Source of the DNA: Antedon mediterranea
Lineage: Eukaryota; Animalia; Echinodermata
Assembly: GCF_964355755.1 (NCBI RefSeq)
Contig: NC_092678.1
Location: 18,555,365 to 18,619,364 of the forward strand
Direction: 5' to 3'
Length of the DNA: 64,000 bases
Positions 49,601 through 62,840 of the stretch are shown here, one piece after another; position 1 is the first letter of the stretch, and each line of letters begins with the position of its first letter. Made by a program: the position numbers and the translations under genes. Under the pieces are notes generated by a model that was given only the letters and a program-made list of their open reading frames with translations, was not told the origin of the DNA and did not search any database.

Positions 49601-52600
49601 TAAAACGTCCTTGCGATCTGTTTGGAAACACCTTCTCATCCGTGACGAGTTGTAAACAATCCTAGCATCATGCATAATGTATACTCATGGTTTGAATCTT
49701 TGTTTACTTTCGCTCGGGACGATTATCTAGACGAAATGTAATCAAATTAATTTACCTGTTAATTACGTAAAATTGTTGTTTTGGCTCGAATTTTCGACTT
49801 AAGGTGAAAAACTTTAATATTACTTTGATATGGCCAATTTAAATTTAGAATATTTTGACCTTCATTTTTTTGTGTATTAAGGGACAATACATCTTTAAAT
49901 AAATGTTTATTGAAACTTGAAACTTGATCGAAGCGTCGAGAAACTTAACAGTTCTTTTTAGAACTAATATACGTGGTGTACCGCAAACTTAATATCAACA
50001 TTTTATTTCTTCGCCACACTTATTTGGCTACTCTGTAGGCATAATCATAAAACGTCCTTGCGATCTGTTTGGAAACACCTTCTCAACCGTGACGAGTTGT
50101 AAACAATCCTAGCATCATGCATAATGTATACTCATGGTTTGAATCTTTGTTTACTTTCGCTCGGGACGATTATCTAGTCGAAATGTAATCAAATTAATTT
50201 AGCTGTTAATTACGTAAAATTATTGTTTTGGCTCGAATTTTCGACTTAAGGTGAAAAACTTTAATATTACTTTGATATGGCCAATTTAAATTTAGAATAT
50301 TTTGACCTTCATTTTTTTTGTGTATTAAGGGACAATACATCTTTAAATAAATGTTTATTGAAACTTGAAACTTGATCGAAGCGTCGAGAAACTTAAATGT
50401 TCTTTTTAGAACTAATACACGTGGTGTACCGCAAACTTAATATCAACATTTTATTTCTTCGCCATGCAAACCTTCAAACAATATATCTTTATATTGATAA
50501 AGTGACATATTCAAGTCACTGAAGGTCAAAAATAATATTTTGGTTAGTCTTACAATTCTGCACATTTATCGCTCAATAAGATTGTTATCTCGAGAACAAT
50601 GTTGACTAGATGAATTTCTTTTTGACTAGATTCAATTGATTGAGACTGACATAATGATTGTGTATACAATATGTTTTGATAATCAGTATTCATTTGGCCA
50701 TCGCGATTCATCTGACCATCACTATTCATTTAACTATCACTATTCATTTGACCATCATTATTCATTAAACTATAACTATTCATTTGACCATCACTATTCA
50801 TTTGACCATCACTATTCATTTGACCATCACTATCCATCTGACCATCACTATTCATCTCACCATCACTATTCATCTCGACCATCGCGATTCATTTGACCAT
50901 CACGATTCATCTGACCATCACGATTCATCTGACCATCACGATTTATCTGACCATTATTATTTATCTGACCATCAAGATTCATCTGATCTTCACGATTCAT
51001 CTGACCATCACGATTCATTTACCATCACGATTCATTTACCATCACGATTAATTTACCATCACGATTCATTTGATCATCACTATTTATTTGACCATCACGA
51101 TTTATTTGACCAATATAAATAATGATGAACAAGAGGACTAAATATAATTTTCATCTTTCAGGTAATAATAACTGAAGAAATTGCTGAAAAAGTTGGTATG
51201 TATCTATCAATCCTTACGAGTGAAGAAAAGATGGACAGCAAAGTTAACATTGAAGATGTTGCCTTGATTCTAGAAGGAATAACTATAGTTGGAGGAGGTA
51301 ATCGAATGGTAAGGGAACTTTTTCAACTGTTTAAATGAATTTTTCGAGCAGATTATGAAATCGTTAGGACTTTTTAAAAACAGGAATCGGAGCAGGAATG
51401 GATTCAAGGAAACTTATTTGTTACAATGATGATGATGGTTTTAAATACTTTTAATACATTACACAATTAATAATCTGTAAGTATTTTATGTTTTCAGATT
51501 ACTAACTTTACAGTGAACGTTGTGAGTAACATACAAAATGCTGATGATGACGTTTTTACAGCAGACAATAACAGTATGAGCGCGACTTCCAGTATCGTGA
51601 AGTCTCTAGAAACTCAGATTGGATCTCTCTCAGACTTTAAAGACGTTGAAAAAAATGTAGCAGTGCAGAACACACATTATTGCCCTGAGGCACTGGAAAA
51701 TGGTATCGGATTTGCTTCACTTCAGCCTGGCAATGCTACCGGTCTTCAAAAAGAGAATATCGAAACTTTTGAAGACGTTGATGATTTTCTAATGGATATT
51801 ATAGAAACATCAATAGCTTTGCCACCTGCAATTCTTCAAACCGGATCAAACCAGATACAGGTTAGCTTTATTGTGTACCAGACATCCAAGTTATTTGCAT
51901 CGAATCGTCTGATATCCAATAAACAAAGGGCGATTGGAAGTCGTGTCATTTCTGCTACTGTTGAAGATGTCACAGTCGAGGGTTTGAATGAGCCGATCAG
52001 AGCCGCATTTTTACCGGTTATGGTAAGTTAATTTATACCTACTTTTTAAATTGTATAAAACAAGGTGTATTTATGTACGAAATACATTACAAGGACACTG
52101 ATTTTTAAATTAATGTTTATTTGTTTACGAAGTACATTAAATTAAATTTTCAAATTGTAAATGTTTTTTTTCGTGTATCACAGGAACATGTATCTGGTAA
52201 CCCTGAATGTGTTTTCTGGGACTTTGAGTTAGAAAACGGGCAAGGTGATTGGTCAAACGAAGGCTGCTACCTCAATAAAACATCAGACGGTCGTATCGTC
52301 TGCTTCTGCGATCATTTAACAAACTTCGCTGTCATATTGGTTTGTAATTATTTTTTGTCGCTTTTAATTAGAATGAATTGGATAATATAAGAAATTCACA
52401 ATCAAATAAGATATCCGGTCAGCATTACTGGTTATTCTAAATCATAAATATTACACGATCTTACTCTTTTTAAATGGCATAAACAGATCAATTACAATGG
52501 GCGCTATGACTACTGTAAGAAGTAAACATAGACTTAAGTAAATATTATTGACAATGCTTTTCTCCAAGAATATAGTTAACTGAAGAGTGAAAGCCAAGGT

Positions 52601-55386
52601 TACTGTTTTTTTGAAACGCCACAATTCAATCAAGGCAATCTAAATAACAGGATACTTAGCGCCGGAGATCAAATGGTTTATCTGTGGCTGCGACAACACC
52701 AGACACCACGCGCCGCGTAAAATATGTGCATAATACAGTACTGTTGGTATTTGTCGCAGCCAGGCATAAGATCAAAGGACTGTTACAAGTTGCTGTCTTG
52801 TTAGATTACATTGATTCAATTATGTCGTTTTTGTTTTATTTATTTGACATTATTAAAGCTTGGTTCCCACTAGTATACGGAACGCTAAGGGGCTTTGTAA
52901 GCGCACCGCAACCAATCACTATTCAATAGATGATGATTTATCGTGTTATGATTGGTCAAATTACTTGCATTACGCTTACGTCATCTGTGTTTACCCCTTT
53001 TTTGGCAGGATTACCATGGACAAACTGGTGAATATGATGTTCTTTCATTCATCAGCATCATCGGGTGTAGCATATCTATCGCTTGCTTAATTTTCACAAT
53101 TATTACATTTAGTTGTTTCAGGTAAGATGTATTAAATCTTAAAAGGAAGGGAGAACATTCATTATCTACATACTTGGTAAAAATTTGTAATGTCTTTGCA
53201 TTGGGTTGAAATTGTTTTAAAATGGTACTTCCAATATTAACTGTAATGAAAAATTACAAAAGGCAGGCACACATATTTTTATTCTATCTGACCTCATGTA
53301 TTTATTCCGGTTTTTGATGCTTTTTGTCTATTGTGGACGTTTCAACTCATATGTTGGCTTAATATTATCATTATTAAATTTATCTAATCAATTCTTTTTT
53401 TAGGAACCTACGTGGAAAGCGCCCTCAGCGTATACTATTTAACTTGTGTTTTTCTTTGCTGTTACTATACACTACATTTGTGATCGGTATTGGCTTAACG
53501 TCGTGTCCCAATTGCTGCATCGTGGTAGCCATTCTTCTACATTACTTTGTTCTCACAACACTTTTCTGGATGCTTGTTGAAGCTGTTAATATGTATCTGA
53601 AGTTTGTTGTGATATTTTACGAGGAAACGCGTTCTTTCATGTTGAAGTCAGCCGTACTTGGCTGGGGTAAGTCTCTTATTCAAATATTTATGAGAAAACA
53701 AATGTACATGCATTTATAATGACTATACTAGGCTATACTGAAATTGAAAATTAGAGAAAAAAAAAAACATTCCAAAACTTTAAATCGTGAGTGTGAAATC
53801 GATGATTTCTGATAAAATGCAATTTCTGCAAAGCATAAAAAAAAAATCATGGTAAATTTGTGTGTAAAAAATCATCCTGATCTTATACGAAAAAAGGATT
53901 AGCCAATAATTTGAACACACATAATTTTAGCTGGGTTGTGTTATCTTCTTACCTAATTGTCAAATCCATGAATTGAATAATTTTCATTTTAAACCAATCT
54001 GCGTGTCATAGCTTTTGCCGAATAAATTATCGGTATCTTAAAATCATAGAAACTACTACTAACAATAACTAGAACGGCTCTTCGAGAGTGCATATCTCCG
54101 CCTACTGTAACATTCTATCCACCGGAACAAAAATTGTATTTGTTTGTTGTGTCCTAATGCTGTGTGTGATTATACTAATTTTACTACAACCATGTGTATG
54201 CGAATTTGGTGGAACTAACAATAGTTTCAGTTGACTAACAATAGAACAGTAACGCCAAAAACAAACGAGTGAATTTGAAAAGAAGTATTTTTTTTTTAAA
54301 CTACTCGTATCAATATCAATGAGCGAGTCAATCTAAATAGCGCCCTCTCATATGTAAACCTTGTGATATTCATACGATCTCAAGACTACCTGTATCAATA
54401 ATCAATGGCAAAATGCTTGCTCTGTATTGTTGTTATCGTACTGATACATTTTTGTGACATAAATAAAAACCCAAACAAAAATTGTTAAATAGAACGACTC
54501 CTGTAAACTATTTTCGCTCATTTTTGTTTATATATATTATTGTTCAACAGTTCTTCCAGTATTACCAGTTACAATCGTTGCAGCTGTTAATTTTAAAGGA
54601 ACATATTCAAATGAACATTAGTAAGTTTCTAATATATCCCAGATTTATTAGCACCTTTAAACTGTATATAATGAACGAAGTAAACTTTGAATGACTTTTA
54701 TCTAGTAACAATCGCCTTTGATTATTACTTCAAATTTCCAATAATGATTAAATTTACAAGAACTAGCGCGCCCTCAATCTCATATTGGTTCTTGAACTAT
54801 AAAAATGACGCTGTTCGCCATGGGCCACCTTCAATTTCCCATTGCTTTATAGTTTATTTAAAACTTCTTTTTTATTTTTAGTTGTTTTATGAAACCTGGA
54901 CCCGCGTTATACGGTGGGATATTAGCCATCTCAGCCATCATCCTCGCGATTAATTTCGTCTTATACACACTGATCATTCGTAAACTGACCTGTCGACGAA
55001 TAATGACCACAGCAAACACGGATAACGATAAAGAACTGATTGTTCGGGTGAGAAACGCCATAGCGATAATGATGCTGCTTGGTTTAACATGGATCTTCGG
55101 ATTCTTCGCCGTGGATTCTTCTAAGGGAAATCGAATCCTGTTTCAATCGTTGTTCTGTGTGTGTAATTCTTTGCAAGGATGCTTTATTTTCGTATTGTTT
55201 TGTGCTCGGCGTAAGGACGTCAGAGATGCGTGGGCGAAATGCTGCTGCAATTGCAGAGGGTTCTTTACCAGATCAGCATCAAAACAACGCTATACAAGCG
55301 TAAAGAAGACAACAGATGTTACAAATACCCAGACGAGCAGTGGTGGAATTGGATTGATTGTCCCCATTCCCTTAACTACTCGCTAA
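43631..55386 (+). CDS. Adhesion GPCR (ADGRG/GPR126-GPR64-like 7TM) with unnamed N-terminal domain, HormR-like, GAIN/GPS; 14 exons, 874 aa
   Basis: Exons 43631-43709, 44108-44286, 46723-46880, 47661-47842, 48559-48606, 48842-48949, 49076-49167, 51162-51308, 51498-52022, 52184-52339, 53009-53121, 53404-53666, 54551-54620, 54882-55386; all GT-AG, phases consistent, 2625 nt. Signal peptide; ALRMCNGGVW HormR-like; GAIN (FIVYQTSKLF, SRVISATV); GPS CVFWDF...WSNEGC...CFCDHL|TNFAVIL; 7TM motifs LHYFVLTTLFWMLVEA, LLGLTWIFG, NSLQGCFIF. Confidence 0.93.
45120..45500 (+). mobile_element. LINE RT remnant interrupted by a small TIR element (45229-45449)
   Basis: STKKAKGTDGIPARLIK ... ITFLINSSL..GFPS flanking GTGACGCCACG / CGTGGCGTCAC inverted ends. 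Confidence 0.6.
49243..49282 (-). ncRNA. Minimal hammerhead-like motif (GAAG variant) in a Penelope-like inverted repeat
   Basis: - strand: CUC CUGAGGA C GAUCAA-AGCAUA-UUGAUC GAAGC GUC GAG; inverted partner at ~49924-49999 (and 50372-50447). Confidence 0.6.
49358..49894. mobile_element. Kolobok-like MITE, copy 2 (aGPCR intron 7); 3' part re-duplicated in tandem
   Basis: Same TIR and TTAA as 3633-4178; segment 49572-50016 repeated at 50019-50464 (period ~447 bp). Confidence 0.85.
50690..51112. repeat. 18-bp minisatellite in aGPCR intron 7
   Basis: TTTGACCATCAC(T/G)ATTCA repeated ~23 times, ending ~50 bp before the acceptor at 51161. Confidence 0.9.
52628..52816. repeat. Nested-palindrome dispersed element, copy B
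   Basis: AATCAAGGCAATCTAA...AGATCAAATGGTTTATCTGTGGCTGCGACAA [loop] TTGTCGCAGCCA...TAAGATCAAAGG..TGTTACA...TTAGATTACATTGATT. Confidence 0.75.
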
Positions 55387-56076
55387 GTGGCTAGAATTTA
55401 AACAGCTCACCACTACAAATAAAGAAGTTTAAATGAAATATGTTCAGGAGTTGAAATAGAAGATTGTGAACGACCTATTCAATGAAGTTGAAGCCCGCCC
55501 TCTACAATACGTTCATCGGCCATACTACTGTACACTTAAAATTCTTTAAAATTCTTTCATGCTCTTTTTAATCGCGTGAACGCGACTCTATAGTTCACTA
55601 TGTCTGTCGGTCTGTCGGTCTGTTTGTCGGTCCGGTATCACTATGCGTTTTAGCACGCGACTTATGGCTGTTGGCCTTGTTAACCGAATGATTCACTCCA
55701 TTCAACACACAGTCATTGTTTTTAGTCGCGTGAAAACGTAACTTTACAGCTCACTATGTCGGTCGGTTTGTCGGTCGGTCGGTTAACACTAACTTAAATT
55801 TGCGCCCGCGACAGCAGCCATGTATATGGCCTTGTTATTAAACACACACCTACTGTGTTAATAATTTTTTTACTGTTTTTCGATTTTCTACAGAAAACCT
55901 CACCGCTTGAATAGGATGTGAAAATTTAGGCTAAGACTATAAGTTTTCCCGTGGAGAAGGCGCACTCTGTAGTTCATTCATTGAAAGATTGACTGCTCTT
56001 TCTTACTCGGCTTTGCTTTGTTAAATAGAGCAGTCAATTTTTTAACTCAGGAAATGTTTACCACTCAACTCCATTG

Positions 56077-56794
56077 TTTTTAGTCGCGTGGACGCGACTC
56101 TATAGTTCACTATGTCGGTCGGTCGGTCTGTCGGTCTGTCTGTCGGTCCGGTATCACTATGCGTTTTATCGCTTTCTGACCTTATCTTGATATCAGTTTA
56201 ATCTAGCTAAGTCAATTTTTCACAGTATATTCCTTATGGCCAGGAATCGATGTGGTTATGTTTTCACGGTGCGCAATAAAAAATTACGCGGTCTACGCAC
56301 GATTTAATGAAATAACGTTTGTAATCATATCTTCACAACCATGAATCACAATTAATTAAAATTTGGTACTCATAAATTTCAGGGCATAAATCATCATATG
56401 GCAATACAATTACGTGCGTAGCGCATGTAACGCATGCATACGCGCGCTTAAAATTTTCAACATTTATTTTCGATGAAATAAGAGTACGTTTCAGGCAATT
56501 TTAAGCGTTTACAAAATTGCCATGAATGCGCATATTTTTGCGCGCCCACTGCGCGTTAAATGTTATTGCGCGCACTTTTTGCCCGATTTCTGTTTTCTTG
56601 ACTTACTTTTCAACTCGAAATTACGTTATACGAGCACGTCAAAAGTGACTACGCACGTGTAAATTAAAAAAATATAAATGTTTTTAAACATTTCAACATT
56701 TTTAAACATGTTTAATTTTGGTCAGTTGGTAGGTTGGTCGGTCGGTCGGTAAACACCAATGAGCACGCGACTGCAGCTATCTATATGGCCTTGT
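56077..56794 (+). mobile_element. Long member of the Helentron-type family
   Basis: Same 5' and 3' modules as 11950-12562 with ~570 bp of unique interior. Confidence 0.7.
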
Positions 56795-57391
56795 TAAACT
56801 TAGTTGAAGTATTCCTAAACACAGCAAGAAAATTGACAACATTCCATTTCAATAATTCCAGCAAGTTCAAGTATTGCCTATTGTTTTGAAATAACACTAA
56901 ATTTGATATCAATCTTAGAATGGTTCTTTCGATTTCAATAACAAAGAAGTTCGAATTGTAGTCATAGTCATGTGTAAGGAAAACAAAGTGGTGAATAAGT
57001 ACCAAATGTAACATTTCTGCATGACTAGCCTTGTTCATTTTCCATTTAAAGATAATATCACAACAACATGTAAAGAATTTCATTTAATATTAGAAAATAT
57101 TTTTGCTAAGAATTACCCAATATATGTATGGAATAATTTTAGTTAGAACATTAATATTATATTAAAACCAAATGTTCATAGTTAGTAAAATAAAACAATA
57201 TACAAGTAGATTACAATAATGAGTGTCGATATAATTTAGATTTTCTTTTCCATATTAATAACGTTTGTAGTTGCAAATTACTGAAAAAAATTACAATGCT
57301 GTGGGTATCAGTGGCTGGATCTCAATGGAGATACAAAAATAAAAAGCGAAAAGCTAAATCAAAACGATAAAGTAAACAGCCAGAAAAGTTA

Positions 57392-57428
57392 GCAGAGCTT
57401 TCGGACAACACTAGCCCTTCATCAGTGC
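57392..57428 (-). ncRNA. Minimal type-I hammerhead ribozyme (Penelope-associated type)
   Basis: - strand: GCA CUGAUGA A GGGC-UAGUGUU-GUCC GAAA GCUC UGC. Stem I GCA/UGC, intact core, stem II, palindromic AGCU stem III, CUC cleavage triplet; lies in a repeat (57300-57435) shared with 785-905. Confidence 0.8.
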
Positions 57429-58533
57429 AAGTGAAGGAATTTGGATAACGCATGGTCTCTCGGTGGACGGATAAACTGCATTCTGAAGAAAAATAAGAAG
57501 AAGATCGTTATCAGGTCAACAACAGATCTCCGTAATCTTGGAATGTAACCGTATTCACGCCACGATATCAACAACTTAACTTTTTATCTTTCTCCCGCTG
57601 TAATTCAGTTGGCCAAACGGTGTAAAACGGTGACATTGTTTATTTACTATCCATTGTTTTTTTTGTTGTTTTTTTTTTCTCCCCTCCGTTGCGATAATAA
57701 TTAATTATTACTTTAATTAATTATTAATTTTTTATAATAATTACATTTCAGTATATCACCGTGCCTGATGTGTTTATGTATATACATGTATACATTAGGC
57801 GACTTTACCTCATTCTCACAGATTTCCTCGCCTTTATCGTTTAAAATTAATTAATCAATTAAATTTCATTATATCACAGGGCGGTTTAGAATTAATGTTT
57901 TATGCCTGATGTGTTTACAAATTTATAAAGATGTATAACATTTTTATTGCCACATGTCTTTTATTATTATTATTATTATTACGGTATTATTATTATTACT
58001 AGTATTATTATCATCTCATTTGTATTGCCATACCATTCACTTGATCGTAACAGTTAGTTGATAATTGGTACGGTATTATTAATTATTATTATTTTTCTTT
58101 ATTATAATACCGTTATTATATTATTACGACTACTATTCAAAAATTGTAACAACTGATATCCCTAAAATCACTATTATGAAGTGTATTGATTTATACCTAT
58201 CATTATTATTCCCTTTGTTTTCATACTATTAGCAATACTTTTAATCAATAACTTTGAGAATAAATACTGTATAACTAATATTACTTTAATTACCAATAAC
58301 TCTATTATCAAACAGATATATTGGTATAAAAATAAGTAAACAACCAACCTCGATGCCTTAATTTAAAACTTCCATATAACGCAATTTTGTAGTGCTCTGT
58401 GCGATTTTGCAATATTATTTCTACTTATAATTCATCTGATAAATCGAATATTTATAAACCTCATTATTATTATTATTGTTATTATTAATTGTTTAAATGT
58501 ATACTCAAATACGCTCAACTTTTACTGCTGCAA

Positions 58534-61500
58534 ATGTCTTGAATAAACCTTCCTTTCAACCACATAATTGATGATGATGAATTCAAACATGAAATAAAAC
58601 AGTTAAACAATGATCATACCATAAATTATTCTAATCTGCAATCATTAAAATTTAATCCCTTTGATCTAAACGACAATAATGATTACGACTATATTAATGA
58701 AAGAAACTAATCATAATGATAAATGTGAATATTATTTGAGTGATTCATTTAATAACAAAATAATCAACAAAAATTCCAATCTCAGTATACTTCATATGAA
58801 CTCCCGAAGCCTCATAAAAAACTGTAATTCCATTACAAACTATCTTCTTACTCTAAATCATAAATTCCAAATTATTGGTTTTAGTGAAACCTGGTTGGGA
58901 TGACATCAACAATGTACCGTCTCCACTCACTCATATCGAAGGATACACAATGATACAATCTAACCGTGCAGGTAAAAGAGGCGGAGGAGTTGCCCTTTAC
59001 ATTTCAGATGAACTAAATTTCAAAATCAGAAGTGACATAAATTTACCAACAAACCAAAATTATGATTCGTTATTTATTGAAATAGAATCTATTACCAAAA
59101 ATAGCATTGTTGGTATTATCTATAGGCCTCCCAATAGCTCTTTTCAACCATTCATAAACAACATTTCTAACTGCATTGATTCAATAACAAAGAAAAAAAA
59201 CAATTATTTGTCTGTGGTGACTTTAACCTGGACCTTATAAAACACTCAACCCATAACTACACGAATGAATTCTTAAACACCATGTACTCAGCATCTTTAT
59301 ATCATCTAATTGACAAACCAACTAGAATAACCACTAAAACATCTACACTTATTGATAATATTTTTACAAATGTACTTGACCAAAAAATAACTCCTGGTAT
59401 TCTTTTTAACGACATTACTGATCACTTTCCAGTATTCCAAATTCTAAACAATTCCCATTCAAATCAAATTAAAAAAAAAAATTTAAATGTAACAAAAAAC
59501 ATTACTCAAGAAAGATAAACCAAGAACATATAGCATCTCTGGGGATTAACTTAATGAACACGAACTGGGACGATGTCTACCAAATTAACTCTGCAAATAA
59601 ATCCTACAATATTTTTCTCGACAGATTTTCTTCACTATACGATACTCACCTCCCAAAGACAAGAACTAAAATTAACAAACGTAAACTTTGTAAACCATGG
59701 ATAACAAAAGGTATAATCAAATCTATAAACACTAGAAAAAAATTATATAAAAAATATATAAAAACATCAAATATGATTAATAAAACCAATTACATTACTT
59801 ACAGAAATAAACTCACACGACTAATAAGAACATCATGTAAGCAACACTACACAAATAAGTTTAACGACTATAAAAATAACATTAAAAAAACCTGGAATAT
59901 AATTAATAACATTCTCTGTAAAAACACCACAAAGACGCTACCTAGTTATTTTACAGATAATGGTACAAAAATTACTGACCCATCTCAAATTGCCAATAAA
60001 TTCAATCGCTATTTTACTGATATTAGACCTAAACTTTCTTCTAAAATTTCGGCTACTTATGGCAACTTTACTGATTATCTAAGGAATCCCACTCAAAATT
60101 CAATTTTCTTCCAAACTACATCTGGTAAAGAGATTCTTGAAATAATTTCTAATCTAAAAAACAGTAAAAGTGCTGGCCTTGATGATATTGAACCCACGAT
60201 TATTAAAGAAATTGGACCTTTTATTACCAGACCCCTTACCCACATCTTTAATCTATCACTAACTAATGGTGTATTTCCATCATCCTTAAAAATCGCCAAA
60301 GTAATTCCTATTCATAAAAAAAATGATTCCCATTCCTTTGAAAACTACCGTCCAATCTCAATTTTGCCTTGCTTTTCTAAAATACTCGAATGCCTTATAT
60401 ACAATATACTTTACAACTTTCTTTCTTCACATAAATCTTTTCATGATAACCAATATGGCTTCAGACCAAAACATTCTACCGATCTTGCAATCCTTGACAT
60501 TCAAAGTAAAATCTCTAACGCCTTATTTAAAAACCACCATACTATTGGCTTATTTTTGGACTTGTCTAAAGCATTTGACACTATTAACCACACAATTCTT
60601 TTAACTAAACTAAGTCACTATGGTATCCGTGGAACTCCTCTATCTCTACTTTCTAACTATCTTCAAAACAGACAACAAATCACCTCTTTCGGCTCCTACT
60701 CCTCAGAAGTTCTTCCCATAACCTGCGGTGTGCCCCAAGGATCAATTCTTGGTCCTCTACTTTTTCTCATCTATGTCAACGACATCATCAACGCTTCCAA
60801 CTCTTTTGAATACGTCCTGTTTGCCGACGACACGAACATTTTTTTCTCCCATCCTGACTACAACACCTTAACCAGAATTTTTAATAAGGAAATAAAACAT
60901 ATATCTCACTGGCTTAAACTTAATAGACTCTCACTAAATATAAACAAAACTGAATATATACACTTTTCTCCAAATAGAACACGCAATGACAATCAAAACA
61001 CAATCCATATAGAAAACACTCTATCAAAAGGGTTACTTATTCTCAGTTCCTTGGTGTAACTATAGATGATTTACTTAAACTGGAAAACCCATATAACAAA
61101 TATAACTAATACAATTTCAAAAAACATCGGTGTCTTAAAAAAACTTAAATATATTCTACCCTCTAATATCCTCCTTTCTTTATATAACACATTAATTTTA
61201 CCTTATCTATCCTATTGTAACATTGCTTGGGGAATTACAGATACTAAAAATAAAACTCTCTGTCCATGGGCTTCCACACATATTTCTAAATTAGACAAAA
61301 TCTTTAAACTCCAAAAACGGGCTATTCGCATTTGTACCAATTCTCATTATATAGCCCACACAAAGTCCCTTTTCTTTAAACTTAATACCCTAAACATCTT
61401 CGATATTAACAAATTACAAATCGCCACACTTATGCACAGATATTCAAACAATCAACTTCCAAATATTTTCAAACATTTCTTCAACAAAAATAATGAATTT

Positions 61501-61820
61501 CACAACTACAATACAAGAAACGCCAACAATTACGCCACAATAAATTTAACCCATAACACAATCCGGAATTCTATCAAATACCATGGTCCTCTAGTATGGA
61601 TTAATTTAAGTCAATCCTTACTAAATACTAATAACTTAGATACATTCAAATCCAATTATAAACAATTCCTTTTATCACAATACAGATCGTATTAATAAAA
61701 CTTTTTCATCAAACTTTTTTTTTTCTTACCTCCTGCAAGTATATATGATAGTACATATACTATACCCTTTACGTTTGTCCTCTTGTTGTGTTTGTGTTGT
61801 CCTGTAGCGTAATTGTGTAT

Positions 61821-61851
<31 letters not shown>

Positions 61852-62066
61852 ATATTATTTCTACTACTTTTAATTAATATTTAATTATTGTTTATTGTAT
61901 TTGATACAATTATTAGTGTATTTTGTACTGGTGAAACCAGGCTTAAAGCTGTATATTGAGCTTATTTGGTCTTTTCCAGGCTTTTCATTTTTTATTTAAA
62001 ACTTATTATGTAAAACTATTAAGTTTGATGCATTGTGAAATAAAAACGAACGAACGAACGAACGAA
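58534..62066 (+). mobile_element. Near-full-length L2/CR1-group non-LTR retrotransposon (APE endonuclease + RT), frameshifted
   Basis: EN motifs HMNSRSL, GFSETWL, GGGVALYI, YRPPNS, GDFN, IDNIF, TDHFP; RT motifs NYRPISILP, QYGFR, FLDLSKAFDT, GVPQGSILGPLLFLIYVND, FADDT. ORF broken at ~58897, ~59200, ~59515 and ~61030. 3' UTR stem-loop (~61928-61980) and (CGAA)n tail 62047-62066. Confidence 0.95.
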
Positions 62067-62559
62067 TAGTATAAAGCTGGCAAGTGCTGCCTGGGTGGAC
62101 AGGAATAAAAGAAATATAACAAAGGGAGCCAGGGTGGAGTCTGAATAAGAGTAGAAAACAAAGAAGGTAGCTTGGTAGAGATATAAACAATTTTGGAATG
62201 AGACTAAAAAAACAGCTTAAATGGTGGTTAATATTGAAAATTAAATGTTGGTATATATTATATATATATATATATATATAGATTAATCAGTATCTGTTGC
62301 TGTTCATACGGACGACTAAGCTCTCTTGACTTGCCTTAATTTTTTCGGAAATTTCAAGTGAAAATTAATTAATTTGTTTTCGTATTGATTATCTGTAATG
62401 TTTTTGACATGTTGGTGAATATGGTAGTAGGCCTATTCATATTTCTCATATTTATATCTTTTTGGACGTCAAAACATCGAACGAACTTAGGCTTAGTAGT
62501 AGGCTATGTTACATGGCGGGTGAATTGAAAGCCATACGAGCCAATACCGTTTCAAGACC

Positions 62560-62840
62560 AGGTGTGAGTATGCAAATACAAATACCATACATGATTCGTC
62601 GTAGGAAGCGGGGCAAGGCTGGCGGGGTTAAGAAAAGGCTCCATACTAGGAAATTTAGACCTTATTTTACCTGGGAAACGTACGTTCCATTTGTAATAAA
62701 ATAGATGAACTGAGGGCTAACGCGATATATTTCCATGAATTCAGGACGACCAGCACTATGTGTTTTTTGGAGACTTGGTTATCGGAGGATAAGTCGGATG
62801 AAAATTTTGAGATTTGTGGGTTCCTGTTTTTTCGAGGTGA
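62560..62840 (+). mobile_element. Degraded LINE endonuclease 5' fragment (Rex1/Babar- or L2-like)
   Basis: RRRKRGKAGGVKKRL..., then GNVRSICNKIDELR...CFLETWLSED...GFLFFRGD across a frameshift. Confidence 0.75.

Noticed and set aside
50636-51122. His-rich ORFs (DHHYSF/DHHDSS)n resembling a metal-binding protein
   Set aside because: 18-bp intronic minisatellite; the aGPCR frame joins 49167 to 51162 without it and unit lengths break frame.
9318-55386. Idea that the secreted peptide and the adhesion GPCR are a linked ligand-receptor pair
   Set aside because: Only proximity supports it; animal ligand and receptor genes are rarely clustered and adhesion GPCRs mostly use tethered agonists.
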